A stretch of DNA of 64,000 nucleotides from assembly GCA_965224245.1 (NCBI GenBank), contig OZ245046.1, forward strand, positions 5,792,001 to 5,856,000. The letters are read 5' to 3'. The stretch is from Candidatus Eiseniibacteriota bacterium. GTDB lineage: Bacteria > Eisenbacteria > RBG-16-71-46 > CAZAMP01. Each line of letters opens with the position of its first letter. Position 1 is the stretch's first letter. The translations under genes were made by a program, and so were the position numbers. Under the pieces are notes generated by a model. That model saw nothing but the letters and a program-made list of their open reading frames with translations. It searched no databases and had not been told where the DNA came from. Shown here one piece after another: positions 31,584-42,192 of this stretch.

Positions 31584-32519
31584 ATGCGCCATCTCGCCTG
31601 GTGGATGTTGATCGTCACGGCCGTGCTCGCCGTGACCGAGGTCGACGCGCGCCCGCGTCGGCCGAGGAAACAGGTCGACCACTACACCTACAATCCCGAC
31701 CGGGTGACCGATCGGATCGCTCCGTATCGGGACGCCTACGATCGCATCGTTCTGGAGCACACGTCTCGAACGCGGGTCACCGAGGGCGCCCCGATCTGCC
31801 GGTTGCAGTGGACCGGCCGGCGCGTCGATTACTTCACCGGGGCCCATTCCCGCGACGCGACGTTCGTGTTCCGGCGTCCGCGCAGCGCCGACATGAGCTC
31901 GCTGAACGTCTACCTCGTCGACCGCAACGGCAAGGACGCCGAGAAGCTGGAAGACGTTTCGGCGACCGTGGGCGACAGCCTCATCGTCGTCGCACTCGAC
32001 ATCGAGCCGCCGTGCGTGGTCGATCTGCAGTACGAGCTCACCGGCGTCGGCGTGTCGGTCGACGAGAGCTTCGAGTTTCAACCTCAGTGGCCGGTCCTGC
32101 GCGAGGAGTACCGGTTCTCGGTCTCGCGCGAGCTGTGGCAGAAGGCCGCGGACGAGGGGCTGGCGTGGGAGTTCTCGGCGAGCTCCACGCCGAGAACCTG
32201 GGAGCCCAAGCGCGCGGACACCACGGATTTCTTCACCTGGTACTGGGCGGAGAGCAACGTGGAGCCGTTGCCGGCGGGCGAGCCTGCGAGCCGCGCGAAG
32301 ACCGTGACCGTCGAGGGCTACCTGCCGGCGCCGGCTCTGGCCGGCATCGATCCGGACGAGCTCCCGCAGCTGGAATCGCTCACCGAGATTCTCATGCTCG
32401 AGGAGCGGCTGATCGACACGTACGAGGAGCGCGAGCGTGAGTTCGGGGGCCCCGGCGGCGTGTCGGAGTCCTCGACCGGATCCGGGGGAGCGTCGCTCCC
32501 TCCGCGCGTTGGGAAGTGA
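31584..32519 (+). CDS. Secreted hypothetical protein (weak DUF3857-like appearance)
   Basis: GGGAG RBS, signal peptide, codon usage typical of the genome; upstream TTGACG-N18-TAGACT. Confidence 0.65.
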   Translation: MRHLAWWMLIVTAVLAVTEVDARPRRPRKQVDHYTYNPDRVTDRIAPYRDAYDRIVLEHTSRTRVTEGAPICRLQWTGRRVDYFTGAHSRDATFVFRRPRSADMSSLNVYLVDRNGKDAEKLEDVSATVGDSLIVVALDIEPPCVVDLQYELTGVGVSVDESFEFQPQWPVLREEYRFSVSRELWQKAADEGLAWEFSASSTPRTWEPKRADTTDFFTWYWAESNVEPLPAGEPASRAKTVTVEGYLPAPALAGIDPDELPQLESLTEILMLEERLIDTYEEREREFGGPGGVSESSTGSGGASLPPRVGK

Positions 32520-32636
32520 TCACCGCGGTCGATCCCGCTTCCGGCGTGTGGTAGCATCCGCCGCCGTTCGCGCGTCGTTGCCTCGTGACCACGACGCGGG
32601 CTTCGAGCGACGCCCGCGAGCTTTCGGGAGAGCACC

Positions 32637-33677
32637 ATGAACCTCGAGCTGCTTTCAGAGATCTGCCAGACCCCCGGTGCGCCGGGCTCCGAGGACGAGA
32701 TTCGCCGAGTCGTCATCCGGGAGCTCGAGCCGCTGGTCGACGAGCTCGAGGTGGACAATCTCGGAAACGTCATCGGCCGGCGAAAGGGGAAGCCCGGCAC
32801 CAAGAAGCTGATGCTCGCGGCGCACATGGACGAGATCAGCTTCGTCGTGCGCCACATCGACGACAGCGGCTTCATCCGCGTCACGCCGCTCGGCGGCTTC
32901 GATCCCAAGACGCTCACGGCGCAGCGCGTGTGGGTGCACACCCGTTCGGGTCCCATGCTGGGTGTCATGGGGACCAAGCCGATCCACATCCTCACCGAGG
33001 AGGAGCGGCGGGCCGGCCCGAAGCTCGATCACTACTTCGTGGATCTCGGCCTGACCGGCAAGGAGGTCGCGCGCAAGGTCCGGATCGGCGACGCGATCAC
33101 CCGTGAGCGCTCGTTCGAGAAGATCGGTCACATGGTCAACTCGAAGTCCCTGGACGATCGCGTCGGCGTGTTCGTGATGATCGAGGCGGTGCGCAAGGCC
33201 AAGCGGCACGGATGCGAGCTCTACGCGGTGGCCACGGTCCAGGAAGAGGTGGGCCTTCGCGGGGCCATCGCGGCCTCGCATCGGGTTCAGCCCGACATCG
33301 GCATCGCGCTGGACGTGACGCTGGCCAACGACGTCCCCGACGCGAAGCCGCACGACCGCGTGTCGGTGCTGGGGGGCGGAACGGCCATCAAGATTCTCGA
33401 TTCCAGCGTCATCGCGCATCGCAAGCTGGTCGACTACATGATCAAGGTCGCCGAGACCAAGAAGATCCCCCACCAGCTGGAGATCCTACCTGCCGGAGGC
33501 ACCGACACCGCGGCGATGCAGCGAGCAGGCGTCGGGTCGATCGCGGGATGCGTGTCGATCCCGTGCCGGTACGTACATTCGGTGATCGAGATGTGCCACA
33601 CCAAGGACATCCAGGCGTCCATCGACCTGCTCGCAGCCCTCGTGGCCGACGTACACAAGGCCAGGCTCTCCTGGTAG
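32637..33677 (+). CDS. M42 family (TET) aminopeptidase
   Basis: AAHMDEI, LDDRVG, VQEEVGLRGA, ALDVT, GGTD and RYVHS. Confidence 0.93.
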   Translation: MNLELLSEICQTPGAPGSEDEIRRVVIRELEPLVDELEVDNLGNVIGRRKGKPGTKKLMLAAHMDEISFVVRHIDDSGFIRVTPLGGFDPKTLTAQRVWVHTRSGPMLGVMGTKPIHILTEEERRAGPKLDHYFVDLGLTGKEVARKVRIGDAITRERSFEKIGHMVNSKSLDDRVGVFVMIEAVRKAKRHGCELYAVATVQEEVGLRGAIAASHRVQPDIGIALDVTLANDVPDAKPHDRVSVLGGGTAIKILDSSVIAHRKLVDYMIKVAETKKIPHQLEILPAGGTDTAAMQRAGVGSIAGCVSIPCRYVHSVIEMCHTKDIQASIDLLAALVADVHKARLSW

Positions 33678-33846
33678 GCAAGAGATGCCCGGGCGCGCCC
33701 ACGCTCCCGGGGGCCTTTCCGGACGACGTTTGATATCCTCCCGGCTCGTCGTCGGCGGGTCGACGGCCTCTCGTAGCGTCGCCCCGCCCCGAGGAGTCGC
33801 AAACGTCGGGCGGCCCGCCCTCGACGGACGCCGAGGTGGGAGGTCC

Positions 33847-35745
33847 ATGGTCGCCGTTCTTCGAGCCGTCGTCGCGCTCGCCTTTGCGGCCGGCGCGTCG
33901 TCGGCGGTCGTACGCGTCGTGGACCCGTCCGGAGACGATTCGGCCTCCGGCACCGTCTCCGAGCCGTGGCGCACGATCGAGCTCGCGCTCACCCGGGTCA
34001 CGTCGGGCGACGTCGTGCTGCTCCGGGGCGGCGTCTACTCCGTGTTCAACCAGGGTGGGGTTGCCGGTCTCCGCGGCTGGAGCCCCGTCGAGCCCGGCGT
34101 CACGCTGGCCGCCTACCCCGGTGAGACCCCGATCGTCGACTACGACGGAATCTCGTTCGAACCGAACGCGCCGGCCATTCGTCTCGACACCGACGACGAC
34201 GGGTTCCGCATGTCCGGGATCACGTTCCGCGCGTGGGTGCACGCACTCGGCTCGGGATCGAACAGCGAGCACGTGCGCGTGGACGGCACCGACGCCCTCG
34301 AGATCGAGAGCTGCACGTGGGACAGCTGCGGCGCCGACTTCGGCACCGTCACCGTCACGTCCGCCGCCGGGGGGTCGCACGACGTCACCATCGCGGATTG
34401 TGCGTTCACCCGAAACGCCGACGACTGGCGGGCGTCGATCGTCCTCCACGGAGACGGAAACCCCGGTACCGACGAGATCTTCACCGTCCGCGACGGCCTG
34501 TTCAACGACGTGCGGGACCTTGCGCTGCCCGAGGGCGGACGGCCCGCCGTTCGCGTCTTCTCGGTCGACAGCCTCGTCGTGGAGGGGTGCTTCGGATACA
34601 ACGCGGGAGGCATCCGGACACCGACCACCGACGAGAGCGACTTCATCCACCTCACCTCCACCACCCGGGCCACGATCCGCGGCTGCGAGATGCGCCGCTA
34701 CGTCGGAGACTGGCAGTTCGAGGGCGAGGACCACCCGCTTCACCAGTGCGACGGCGTCGTTCTGTGGGACGGATGTTCGGACGTGCGGATCGAGGACTGC
34801 CTGTTCTGGGGCGCCGGGCACGGCGTGGAGGTGTTGCTCGGGTCCCACGACTTCACGATCGAGCGCGTGTACACGGACAGCACCTACGACGACGGCATCT
34901 ACGTCGACGCCACCTCCCATCATGGCGTGATCTCGGGCTGCGTCATCCATCATCCGTGGGACAACGGGATCGACCTGAAGGGTCAGTTCGTCGACGTGCG
35001 GCACAACACGCTCGTGCGCTGCTACTCGAACGCGCTCTCGGTCTGGGGAACCTGCGAATCGGTCAAGGTGCTCGACAACTGCGTCTACGATCTCCTGGCC
35101 GGGCCCGCGTCGTTCTTCGGCAACGAGGGCAGCACCTTCGACCAGGCGGACGGCGTTGCGTGGGACTACAACCTGTACTTCTCACCCGACGCGGACGAGG
35201 TGTGGTTCCAGGTCTGCGACCCGGTCTGTCGGGCCGTCGTATGGAGCGACTGGACCGGCGCCTGGGCGCACGACGCGAACGGCCACTTCGACGACCCGCT
35301 CTTCGTCGATCCGGACGGGCGGGGGTATCCGCTCGGCTCGACGAGTTTCATGCTCGGCGAGGGATCTCCGGGACGGGACGCGGCCAGCGACGGACTCGAC
35401 GTCGGGGCGATCCAGCGTCCCGTCACCGGGGTCGGTCCGGGCTCCGGGCAGCATCCCGTTCTGAGCCTGGCTCTCCGCACGCGCAATCCGTTCACCACCG
35501 GCATCGCATTCGAGGTGCTGGGGCAGGGGACGGGACCGGAAGCGCGGGGCGCCCTGGTGATCGACGTGATCGACGTGTCGGGACGTGTCGTGCGGCGGCT
35601 CGTGCGTGGGGCCGCGGCCGACGCCGGACTCGTGTGGTGGGACGGCACCGACGATGGGGGGCGCACGGTGGCGTCGGGCGTGTACGTGGTTCGCGCGACC
35701 GTGGACACGCGCGTCCGGTCGCGTCGGGTGGTCCGGCTACGCTGA
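33847..35745 (+). CDS. Right-handed beta-helix protein with FlgD-Ig/T9SS-like C-terminus
   Basis: GGAGG then ATG 33847; GTVSEPWRTI, GDVVLLRGGVY, AYPGE; beta-helix coils; DYNLY; C-terminal NPF...WDGTDDGG...SGVYVVR...VVRLR. Confidence 0.8.
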   Translation: MVAVLRAVVALAFAAGASSAVVRVVDPSGDDSASGTVSEPWRTIELALTRVTSGDVVLLRGGVYSVFNQGGVAGLRGWSPVEPGVTLAAYPGETPIVDYDGISFEPNAPAIRLDTDDDGFRMSGITFRAWVHALGSGSNSEHVRVDGTDALEIESCTWDSCGADFGTVTVTSAAGGSHDVTIADCAFTRNADDWRASIVLHGDGNPGTDEIFTVRDGLFNDVRDLALPEGGRPAVRVFSVDSLVVEGCFGYNAGGIRTPTTDESDFIHLTSTTRATIRGCEMRRYVGDWQFEGEDHPLHQCDGVVLWDGCSDVRIEDCLFWGAGHGVEVLLGSHDFTIERVYTDSTYDDGIYVDATSHHGVISGCVIHHPWDNGIDLKGQFVDVRHNTLVRCYSNALSVWGTCESVKVLDNCVYDLLAGPASFFGNEGSTFDQADGVAWDYNLYFSPDADEVWFQVCDPVCRAVVWSDWTGAWAHDANGHFDDPLFVDPDGRGYPLGSTSFMLGEGSPGRDAASDGLDVGAIQRPVTGVGPGSGQHPVLSLALRTRNPFTTGIAFEVLGQGTGPEARGALVIDVIDVSGRVVRRLVRGAAADAGLVWWDGTDDGGRTVASGVYVVRATVDTRVRSRRVVRLR

Positions 35746-35803
35746 ACGGTCGGCCGAGGCGCTCGGCGACCGTGCCGCCGGTCGGATGGGCGCGAAGACG
35801 GGG

Positions 35804-38455
35804 CTACGACGTCGGCTGCGGGAGCCTCCGCGCGACCGACACGATCCGGAGACGCCGCGGACCATCTTCCAGCGGCACCGTGACCTCGTCGCCCACCTTG
35901 TGGCCACGCAGCGCGGCGCCCAGCGGGGCCCGGTACGAGATCACGTCGTTTCCGAGGAAGGTGTCGCCCTCGCCCAGGATCCAGTACGTGTGCGTGGACC
36001 CGTCGGCCAGGTCCTCGGTCACGACCTCTCGACCCGGTCCGGCCACCGTGTCGTCGAGGGCCATCTCCTCGATCGCGCGGGCCTGGGAGATGAGCTGCTG
36101 GAGCTGCTGCACCCGCTGACCGAACTGGCGCTGCTTGTCCTTGGCGGCGTGGTACTCGGCGTTCTCCTTCAGATCGCCCAGCTCCATCGCGCGGCGGATC
36201 GTGGCCGGGAGCGTGGTCTTGAGGGCCGTCTCCAGCTCCAGGATCTCGTCCCGAAGTCGTTCCATGCCGGCGCGCGTCATGAAGATGCCGGCCTCGCCCT
36301 CGTCGGCGTCCCCGCGCACGACGAACTCGGCCGACTTCTCGGAGCGGTCGCGGTGCACCTCCTCGACCACGTTCCGGGCTCCGGCCATCTCGATGAAGTC
36401 CAGGATCGGGAAGAGCAGGCGATCGGTCGTGCGCCAGGACGTCAGCTGGGTGACCAGGAGCTGGTGACCCTCGTCGTCGATCGGGTGGTCGGCCAGGACC
36501 TTCACGAACGGACCGCTCAGCTTGAGCTGAGCGAGAGCCTGACGGCGCGGCGGCTCCTTTGCCGCGCCGTGAATGATGGCGATCAGCGCACGTAGCGCGA
36601 ACCAGGGATCCTCGATCGCGACCGGGACCGCGTCGGGCGCCGAGACCGCGAACTCCACGAGTCCCAGGATCCGGTTGGCGTCCTGGGGCGACCGGCTGAA
36701 GAGCTCGCGCACGAAGCGACGGACCTCGTCGGGCGGCTCGCCGCCCAGCAGCTCGGCCGCGTGACGCCGGACGTTCTCGTGGCGCGACGGGAACGCGGCG
36801 AGGGCGGCTACCATCGTCAGTCCCATGTCGTGGGCGACGTCGACGAGCTCCATCTGCTCGACGTCCAGCGACGTGAACGAGAAGTCGCCCCCTGCGGCGA
36901 GGAGCTCGCGCAGCTCCTCGCGGAACGACTGATCGAGCCCCCGATCCCAGCGACGCAGCACGGCCAGGATGTGCACGCGCGCCTCGTGGCGCTGGCTGGT
37001 GCCCAGCCACTGGGCCAGCCGGGGGCGGTACACGCGGCGGGCCTCACTCTCGGCCTCGGGATGCTGGATCAGGAAGTGGTGGATCATCTCGAGGTTCTGA
37101 TGGAGGTCCGAGCGCTCCTGGATCGGCGGGAGCAGGGACGCATCGCCGGCGGCGTCGGCCACCCGGTAGACCCGGCGGAACGTCTGGCTGGTGTCGATGC
37201 GGGCGTCGTCCTTCGCGGCGGTCGTCGCCCTCTTCCACCACGCAGGCCAGGACTGCGCCGACATGACCCGCGGCACGAGCTGCTTGCGAACGTCGGCGCT
37301 CGACGCCTCGCCGCCGGCCTTGACCAGCGCCAGGCTCAGGAGCTCGACCGGGTCCTTCTTGGCCATCGTCTTGATCCCGTCGAGATCGGTGAGGATCTTC
37401 GTCATCAGATCGTCGGGGGGGAGGATGTCCAGGGAGCGCTCGGCGATGCTGAGGCTCATCCGATGTCCGCTCTTCTCGTCGAAGTCGATGACGAGGCTGT
37501 CGCCGTCGTTGTCCTTGATCGTGCCGGCGCCGAAGCCCTGGTGAATGACGAGCAAGCCGGGTGCGAACTTGAGCAATCGATCGTACTCCTTGAGCGCCGT
37601 CTTCGCCGGCACGTCGCTGTTGCCCAACCCACTGCGCTCGAGGATCTGCTCGATCGATGCCAGGCTTCGATGTCGATGCGTCGCCACGGTCGTGGCGAAG
37701 GCGCGGATCTTCCGTGTGGATTGGCCGATCTCCATCAGTCGCCGGAGCGAGTCCCAGACGGTGTCGAGCATGCCGAGCGGAGCGAGGTGCTCCATGCCCA
37801 TCTCGAGGAAGCTGTTGAGCGGCTTCGGCTCGCCGTGCTTGGCGAGGTGGGTGACCGCGTCCCAGATCTGCTCCCAGTGATCGGCGTCGGGCGTCTCGAT
37901 GACCTGGAGGATGGCCTCCTCGACGCGCTCGACCGCCTTGGCTCGGGCCCATCCGGGCGCCGCGGCGGCAAAGAAGCTGTCGGCGTTGCCCTCGCCCGCG
38001 TCGGCCAGGCGCGTGCCCTTCAGCCACAACAGGCGGTGGCTGTCCGGCGCCAGCTCCAGCGCCCGGTCCAGTGTCCCTTCCGGGAGGACGTCCACGCTGC
38101 CCTCCTCGCCGGCCCGGGCCACGTAGCGGCAGAAGCCGGGATCGCCGGCCAGGTCGGCGATCCCGATGGCCAGCCGCCCCAGCGCGGCCCACTCGCCCTG
38201 CTGATTGAGGTTCTCCAGGGTGGCCGCGAGCCGCTCGGCGTAGATGGGGTCGGTCCCGTCGAGCGCCGCCATCAACGTGAACGCGAAGCGAAGCTGGGGC
38301 GTGGCGCCGCCATCGGCGGCGGCCTCCGACAGCTCCTGGAGATCCTCCGAGATCGTCCCGGCCGACAGCGAGCCGCGGACCGCGTCCATGAGCGAGTCGA
38401 TGAGGGACTCGTCCCAGCCCGTGGCGCTTCGCAGCTGGATGATCAGCGTCTCCAT
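35804..38455 (-). CDS. greA: GreA/GreB-family elongation factor with long helical N-terminal extension
   Basis: C-terminal ~155 aa contain GDLKENAEYHAAK and ISYRAPLGAAL; GGAGG before ATG 38455. Confidence 0.85.
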   Translation of the reverse strand: METLIIQLRSATGWDESLIDSLMDAVRGSLSAGTISEDLQELSEAAADGGATPQLRFAFTLMAALDGTDPIYAERLAATLENLNQQGEWAALGRLAIGIADLAGDPGFCRYVARAGEEGSVDVLPEGTLDRALELAPDSHRLLWLKGTRLADAGEGNADSFFAAAAPGWARAKAVERVEEAILQVIETPDADHWEQIWDAVTHLAKHGEPKPLNSFLEMGMEHLAPLGMLDTVWDSLRRLMEIGQSTRKIRAFATTVATHRHRSLASIEQILERSGLGNSDVPAKTALKEYDRLLKFAPGLLVIHQGFGAGTIKDNDGDSLVIDFDEKSGHRMSLSIAERSLDILPPDDLMTKILTDLDGIKTMAKKDPVELLSLALVKAGGEASSADVRKQLVPRVMSAQSWPAWWKRATTAAKDDARIDTSQTFRRVYRVADAAGDASLLPPIQERSDLHQNLEMIHHFLIQHPEAESEARRVYRPRLAQWLGTSQRHEARVHILAVLRRWDRGLDQSFREELRELLAAGGDFSFTSLDVEQMELVDVAHDMGLTMVAALAAFPSRHENVRRHAAELLGGEPPDEVRRFVRELFSRSPQDANRILGLVEFAVSAPDAVPVAIEDPWFALRALIAIIHGAAKEPPRRQALAQLKLSGPFVKVLADHPIDDEGHQLLVTQLTSWRTTDRLLFPILDFIEMAGARNVVEEVHRDRSEKSAEFVVRGDADEGEAGIFMTRAGMERLRDEILELETALKTTLPATIRRAMELGDLKENAEYHAAKDKQRQFGQRVQQLQQLISQARAIEEMALDDTVAGPGREVVTEDLADGSTHTYWILGEGDTFLGNDVISYRAPLGAALRGHKVGDEVTVPLEDGPRRLRIVSVARRLPQPTS

Positions 38456-38610
38456 CCGGACGACCTCCAACGATATGGGCCTGTTGAACGGCGGAGCATG
38501 ATGCCAGAAAGCCCGCGCGGGCGCAACGGACGTGGACCGCCCGCCCGGGCATCACGGCCGTCGCCCCGGGCCGGGTTGTCACGCGCGTCGATTTGCCGAT
38601 AATGCGTCGG

Positions 38611-40131
38611 ATGAGCATGACGACACCCCCCACCCCGGTCCACGTCGGCGCCGGGGGACGCCGCGCGCGCCGCGCCGCCCCGCTCGGAATGGGCCTCTTC
38701 GTCGCACTGGCCGGTGCGGTGGCGCTCTCCCAGTACTGGGGCTACGCGGGCGACGACACGTTCATCCATCTCCAGTATGCCCGCAACATCGCTTCCGGCA
38801 ACGGGTTCGCGTTCAACCCGGGCGAGCCGTCCTATGGCTCGACGAGCCCCCTGTGGACGATCCTGATCGCCGGCGGGGGCCAGCTCGCGGGCGGGCGCTT
38901 CTACCTGGCCGCCAAGGTGCTGTCGGCGCTGGCCTACGTCGGTGCCGTGGTCGCCGTGTTCGTGCTGGCCCGGCGCGTGACGCCCGGCCGCGTACCGCCG
39001 CTCTGCGCCGCGGCGCTGGTCGCGTTCGATCCATGGATGCTGAAGTGGGGGGCCAGCGGCATGGAGACCTCGCTGGCGGTGGCGCTGGCGGTGAGCGCGG
39101 TCACGATGCACCTCGTGCGTCGCAACGAGGGGGGGATCCCGGCCTCGGCCTTCCTCCTCGGGATCGCGACCCTGGTCCGCCCGGAGCTCGTGGGGCTGTT
39201 CCTGGTGTGCACCGTCGATCGAGTGTTCTTCGCGCGGCGCCCCCTGTACGAGAGCGCGTTCGGGGTATTCCTGTTCCTGGTGCCGCTCCTGCCGTGGGCG
39301 CTGTTCGCCCTGTCCACGTTCGGCGACGTCGTGCCGACGACGATCCATGCGAAGGCCGGGCACACGTCCTGGATCGATGCGGCCACGCGCACGGTCAAGA
39401 TCCTGGGCTCCTCGATGGTGCCGCTGACGCTGCTCGGCGTGGCCGGCGCGATCGCCGCGCTCCGGCGGCCGGTCCCGTGGGCGGCGCGCCTCCGGTGGGT
39501 GACGGACCGGACAGCCGTCTGGGGCTGGGCGTTCGGGCTGCCGGTCGCCTACGTCCTCACCGAGAGCTACGTCGCGTCGCGCTATCTCCTCCTGTGTACG
39601 CCCTTCTTGGCGGTGCTGGTGGTGGCCGCGCTCGACGCCATCCCCGAGCGACACCGCTCGCGCGTCGCCCTGGCCACGATCGTCGCCTCCCTCGCGGGCT
39701 CGATCCTCGTACAGGCGCAGGTGGTCTATCCCCGCACCCGCTTCGTCCGCGGCGTCGACGAGAGCCTGATCGCGATCGGGGACTGGCTGCGGAGCCGGAC
39801 CGACGAGAACGCCGTCGTCGCCGTCCACGAGGTGGGCGCCGTCGGCTTCTTCGCCGAGCGCCGCGTGATCGATACCGCGGGGCTCGTCACCCCGGGAGTG
39901 CTGCCCTACGTGACCTCGTACCGGGTGGCGGACTACCTGATCGAGGCGCGACCCGACTACTACGTCTCGAGCGGGGACGACCGCATCGATCGACAGGTCT
40001 TCGAGTCTCTCGGCTCGCGTCTCAACGTCGTGTTCGAGACGACCGTCCAGCGCGGGGGATCCTCGGCGCGGTTCGCCGAGCCCATGCCGATGGCGGTGTA
40101 CGCGTTCGACTGGGAGTCCCCGCCGAGCTGA
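38611..40131 (+). CDS. Polytopic membrane GT-C-like glycosyltransferase
   Basis: DDTFIHLQYARNI...FNPGE...STSPLW, SGMET, RPE, RY; many hydrophobic segments. Start approximate. Confidence 0.7.
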   Translation: MSMTTPPTPVHVGAGGRRARRAAPLGMGLFVALAGAVALSQYWGYAGDDTFIHLQYARNIASGNGFAFNPGEPSYGSTSPLWTILIAGGGQLAGGRFYLAAKVLSALAYVGAVVAVFVLARRVTPGRVPPLCAAALVAFDPWMLKWGASGMETSLAVALAVSAVTMHLVRRNEGGIPASAFLLGIATLVRPELVGLFLVCTVDRVFFARRPLYESAFGVFLFLVPLLPWALFALSTFGDVVPTTIHAKAGHTSWIDAATRTVKILGSSMVPLTLLGVAGAIAALRRPVPWAARLRWVTDRTAVWGWAFGLPVAYVLTESYVASRYLLLCTPFLAVLVVAALDAIPERHRSRVALATIVASLAGSILVQAQVVYPRTRFVRGVDESLIAIGDWLRSRTDENAVVAVHEVGAVGFFAERRVIDTAGLVTPGVLPYVTSYRVADYLIEARPDYYVSSGDDRIDRQVFESLGSRLNVVFETTVQRGGSSARFAEPMPMAVYAFDWESPPS

Positions 40132-40276
40132 ACGGACGTCGACCCGCTCGGCAGGCCGGTCCCGCGAGGCCGGCGGACCCCGGCGCGCGCGGGGACGAAC
40201 GATGTGGTTATAATGCCCGCCCGAGAAACGGAACCCGAGCGCCGGCTCCCCGGGCGTGGAAGGAGCGATCGGATCG

Positions 40277-42154
40277 ATGGGAACGAGATTCTACAGGCCC
40301 GCCGCGCTGGTCACCGCGCTCGCGCTGGCCGTCTGCGCCTGCGACCGCGACCGGAAGCCGGAGACCGGGTTCGAGGCGGACTCGCGACCGACCTTCCAGG
40401 CCCACGATCCGTACGAGGAGCTGAGCCTCGTCGACTGGCGCCCGTGGAGCGACGATCTGTTCGGGAAGTCCAGGAAGCCGGTCCTGCTGGACATCAGCGG
40501 CAAGTGGTGCCACTGGTGCCATCTCTACGACGAGACCGTCTACGCGAACCGTGAGCTCGCCCGGTACATCTCCGAGCACTTCGTCCCCGTGCGGGTGGAT
40601 CCCGATGCGCGACCCGACATCGACTCCCGGTACAACCACGGCGGCTGGCCCACCCTGGTCGTGCTGACCCCCGACGGCGACGTCATCCGCGGCACGACGT
40701 ACGATCCGGACGGCGTGCAGGCGTTTCTCGAGCGGGCGCTCGAGGGCTACGCATCCATCGCCGACTCGACCCGCACGCAGATGCTCGAGGCGAGGCGCAA
40801 GCTCGCCGAGGCACAGCCGTTCCTGCGCGAGCAGAGCGAGCTGGACGGCGACGTGCGCCGGAAGGTCGTCACGGGGCTCCGGCGGGTCCTGGATACCGAC
40901 TACGGTGGCTTCTCGGGCATCGCGGGCGGTAATCGGAAGCTGGCCTCGGCGGGCGTGCTGGCCGTCATGCTGCGCGAGATCGACCCCCTGTCGGCGATCG
41001 ATCCGGCGTTTCAGACCTGGCTGGAGGTCACGTGCACCACGATGGCGCGCGGCGCCGTGCACGATCACATGTTCGGGGGGTTCTTCCGCTCCACCGAGGA
41101 TCGGGCCTGGTCGATCCCGCACTTCGAGAAGCTCCTGTCGGTCCAGGCCGACATGATCGATCTCTACGTCCTCGCCGCGCGCCGCTGGGACGATCCGCTG
41201 CACCGTGACGCGGTCCGCTCGACGGTCGACTTCGTGATGACGACGCTGGCCAACCCCGACGGGGTCACGTTCGCGAACGCCGTCGATCCCGACCTCGGCC
41301 CCGGTGACGACGGCAGCTTCTACACCTGGACCGTGTCCGAGGTGGACTCGCTGGTGAGCCCCGAGGAGGCGCAGGTCTTCAAGTTCCACTACGGGATCGC
41401 CCCCTCGGGAGAGGTGCCGACGAGCCCCGATCGGAACACGATCTACGAGACGTACTCGATCGACGAGGCGGCCCAGCGTCTCGGAATGGAGACCGCGACG
41501 TACGCCGCGGTGCTCGAGCGTGCGACGACGCGCCTTCGTGCCGCGCGCACCAGCGGCCCGCGACCGCGCGTCGACACGAACGCCTACGCCGCGGCCAACC
41601 TGCGCGTCGCGTCGGCGCTCCTGGGCGCGTCCCAGGTTCTCGACGAGGTGAGCTACCGCGAGCGCGCCATCGCCACCATCGACTTCTTCACCACTGCGAG
41701 CGGAGACTGGGGCACCGGCATCCCGCACGGATACGACGGGAAACGGTTCGTGGGCCCCAACGTGCTCGAGGATCAGGTGGCCGGGCTCGAGGCGTTGATT
41801 CGCGCCTACGCCGTCACGGACGACGACTCGTACCTGGCCCGCGCGAGGGAGCTCGAGGCCAGGATCCGGCTCGCGTATGCGAACGACGTCGCCGGTGTGT
41901 TCTGGGACGTGCCGATCATCGCCACCGGACCCGGTCGCCTGATGCTGAAGGACCGGCCCCTGACGTTGAACGTCCGCATGGCCGATTGTCTGATGGACCT
42001 CTACGCGGCCACGCTGGAGGACACCTACAAGCAGCTCGCCGAGCGCACGTTGGAGTCGTTCGCGCAGTCGTTCAGCCAGTCGGGTGTCGAGTCGATCCGC
42101 TACGCCAACGCCGTGCACCGGCTGCTCTGGGAGCTGCGCGCCCGCTCGAGCTGA
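40277..42154 (+). CDS. YyaL/SSP411 (DUF255) thioredoxin-domain plus alpha/alpha-toroid protein
   Basis: WCHWCH, RPDIDSRY..GGWP, GGFFR, PHFEKLL and FYTWT. Confidence 0.85.
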   Translation: MGTRFYRPAALVTALALAVCACDRDRKPETGFEADSRPTFQAHDPYEELSLVDWRPWSDDLFGKSRKPVLLDISGKWCHWCHLYDETVYANRELARYISEHFVPVRVDPDARPDIDSRYNHGGWPTLVVLTPDGDVIRGTTYDPDGVQAFLERALEGYASIADSTRTQMLEARRKLAEAQPFLREQSELDGDVRRKVVTGLRRVLDTDYGGFSGIAGGNRKLASAGVLAVMLREIDPLSAIDPAFQTWLEVTCTTMARGAVHDHMFGGFFRSTEDRAWSIPHFEKLLSVQADMIDLYVLAARRWDDPLHRDAVRSTVDFVMTTLANPDGVTFANAVDPDLGPGDDGSFYTWTVSEVDSLVSPEEAQVFKFHYGIAPSGEVPTSPDRNTIYETYSIDEAAQRLGMETATYAAVLERATTRLRAARTSGPRPRVDTNAYAAANLRVASALLGASQVLDEVSYRERAIATIDFFTTASGDWGTGIPHGYDGKRFVGPNVLEDQVAGLEALIRAYAVTDDDSYLARARELEARIRLAYANDVAGVFWDVPIIATGPGRLMLKDRPLTLNVRMADCLMDLYAATLEDTYKQLAERTLESFAQSFSQSGVESIRYANAVHRLLWELRARSS

Positions 42155-42192
42155 CCGCCGCCGCGGGGCCGTTCGACGACAGGAGTGTTTCA

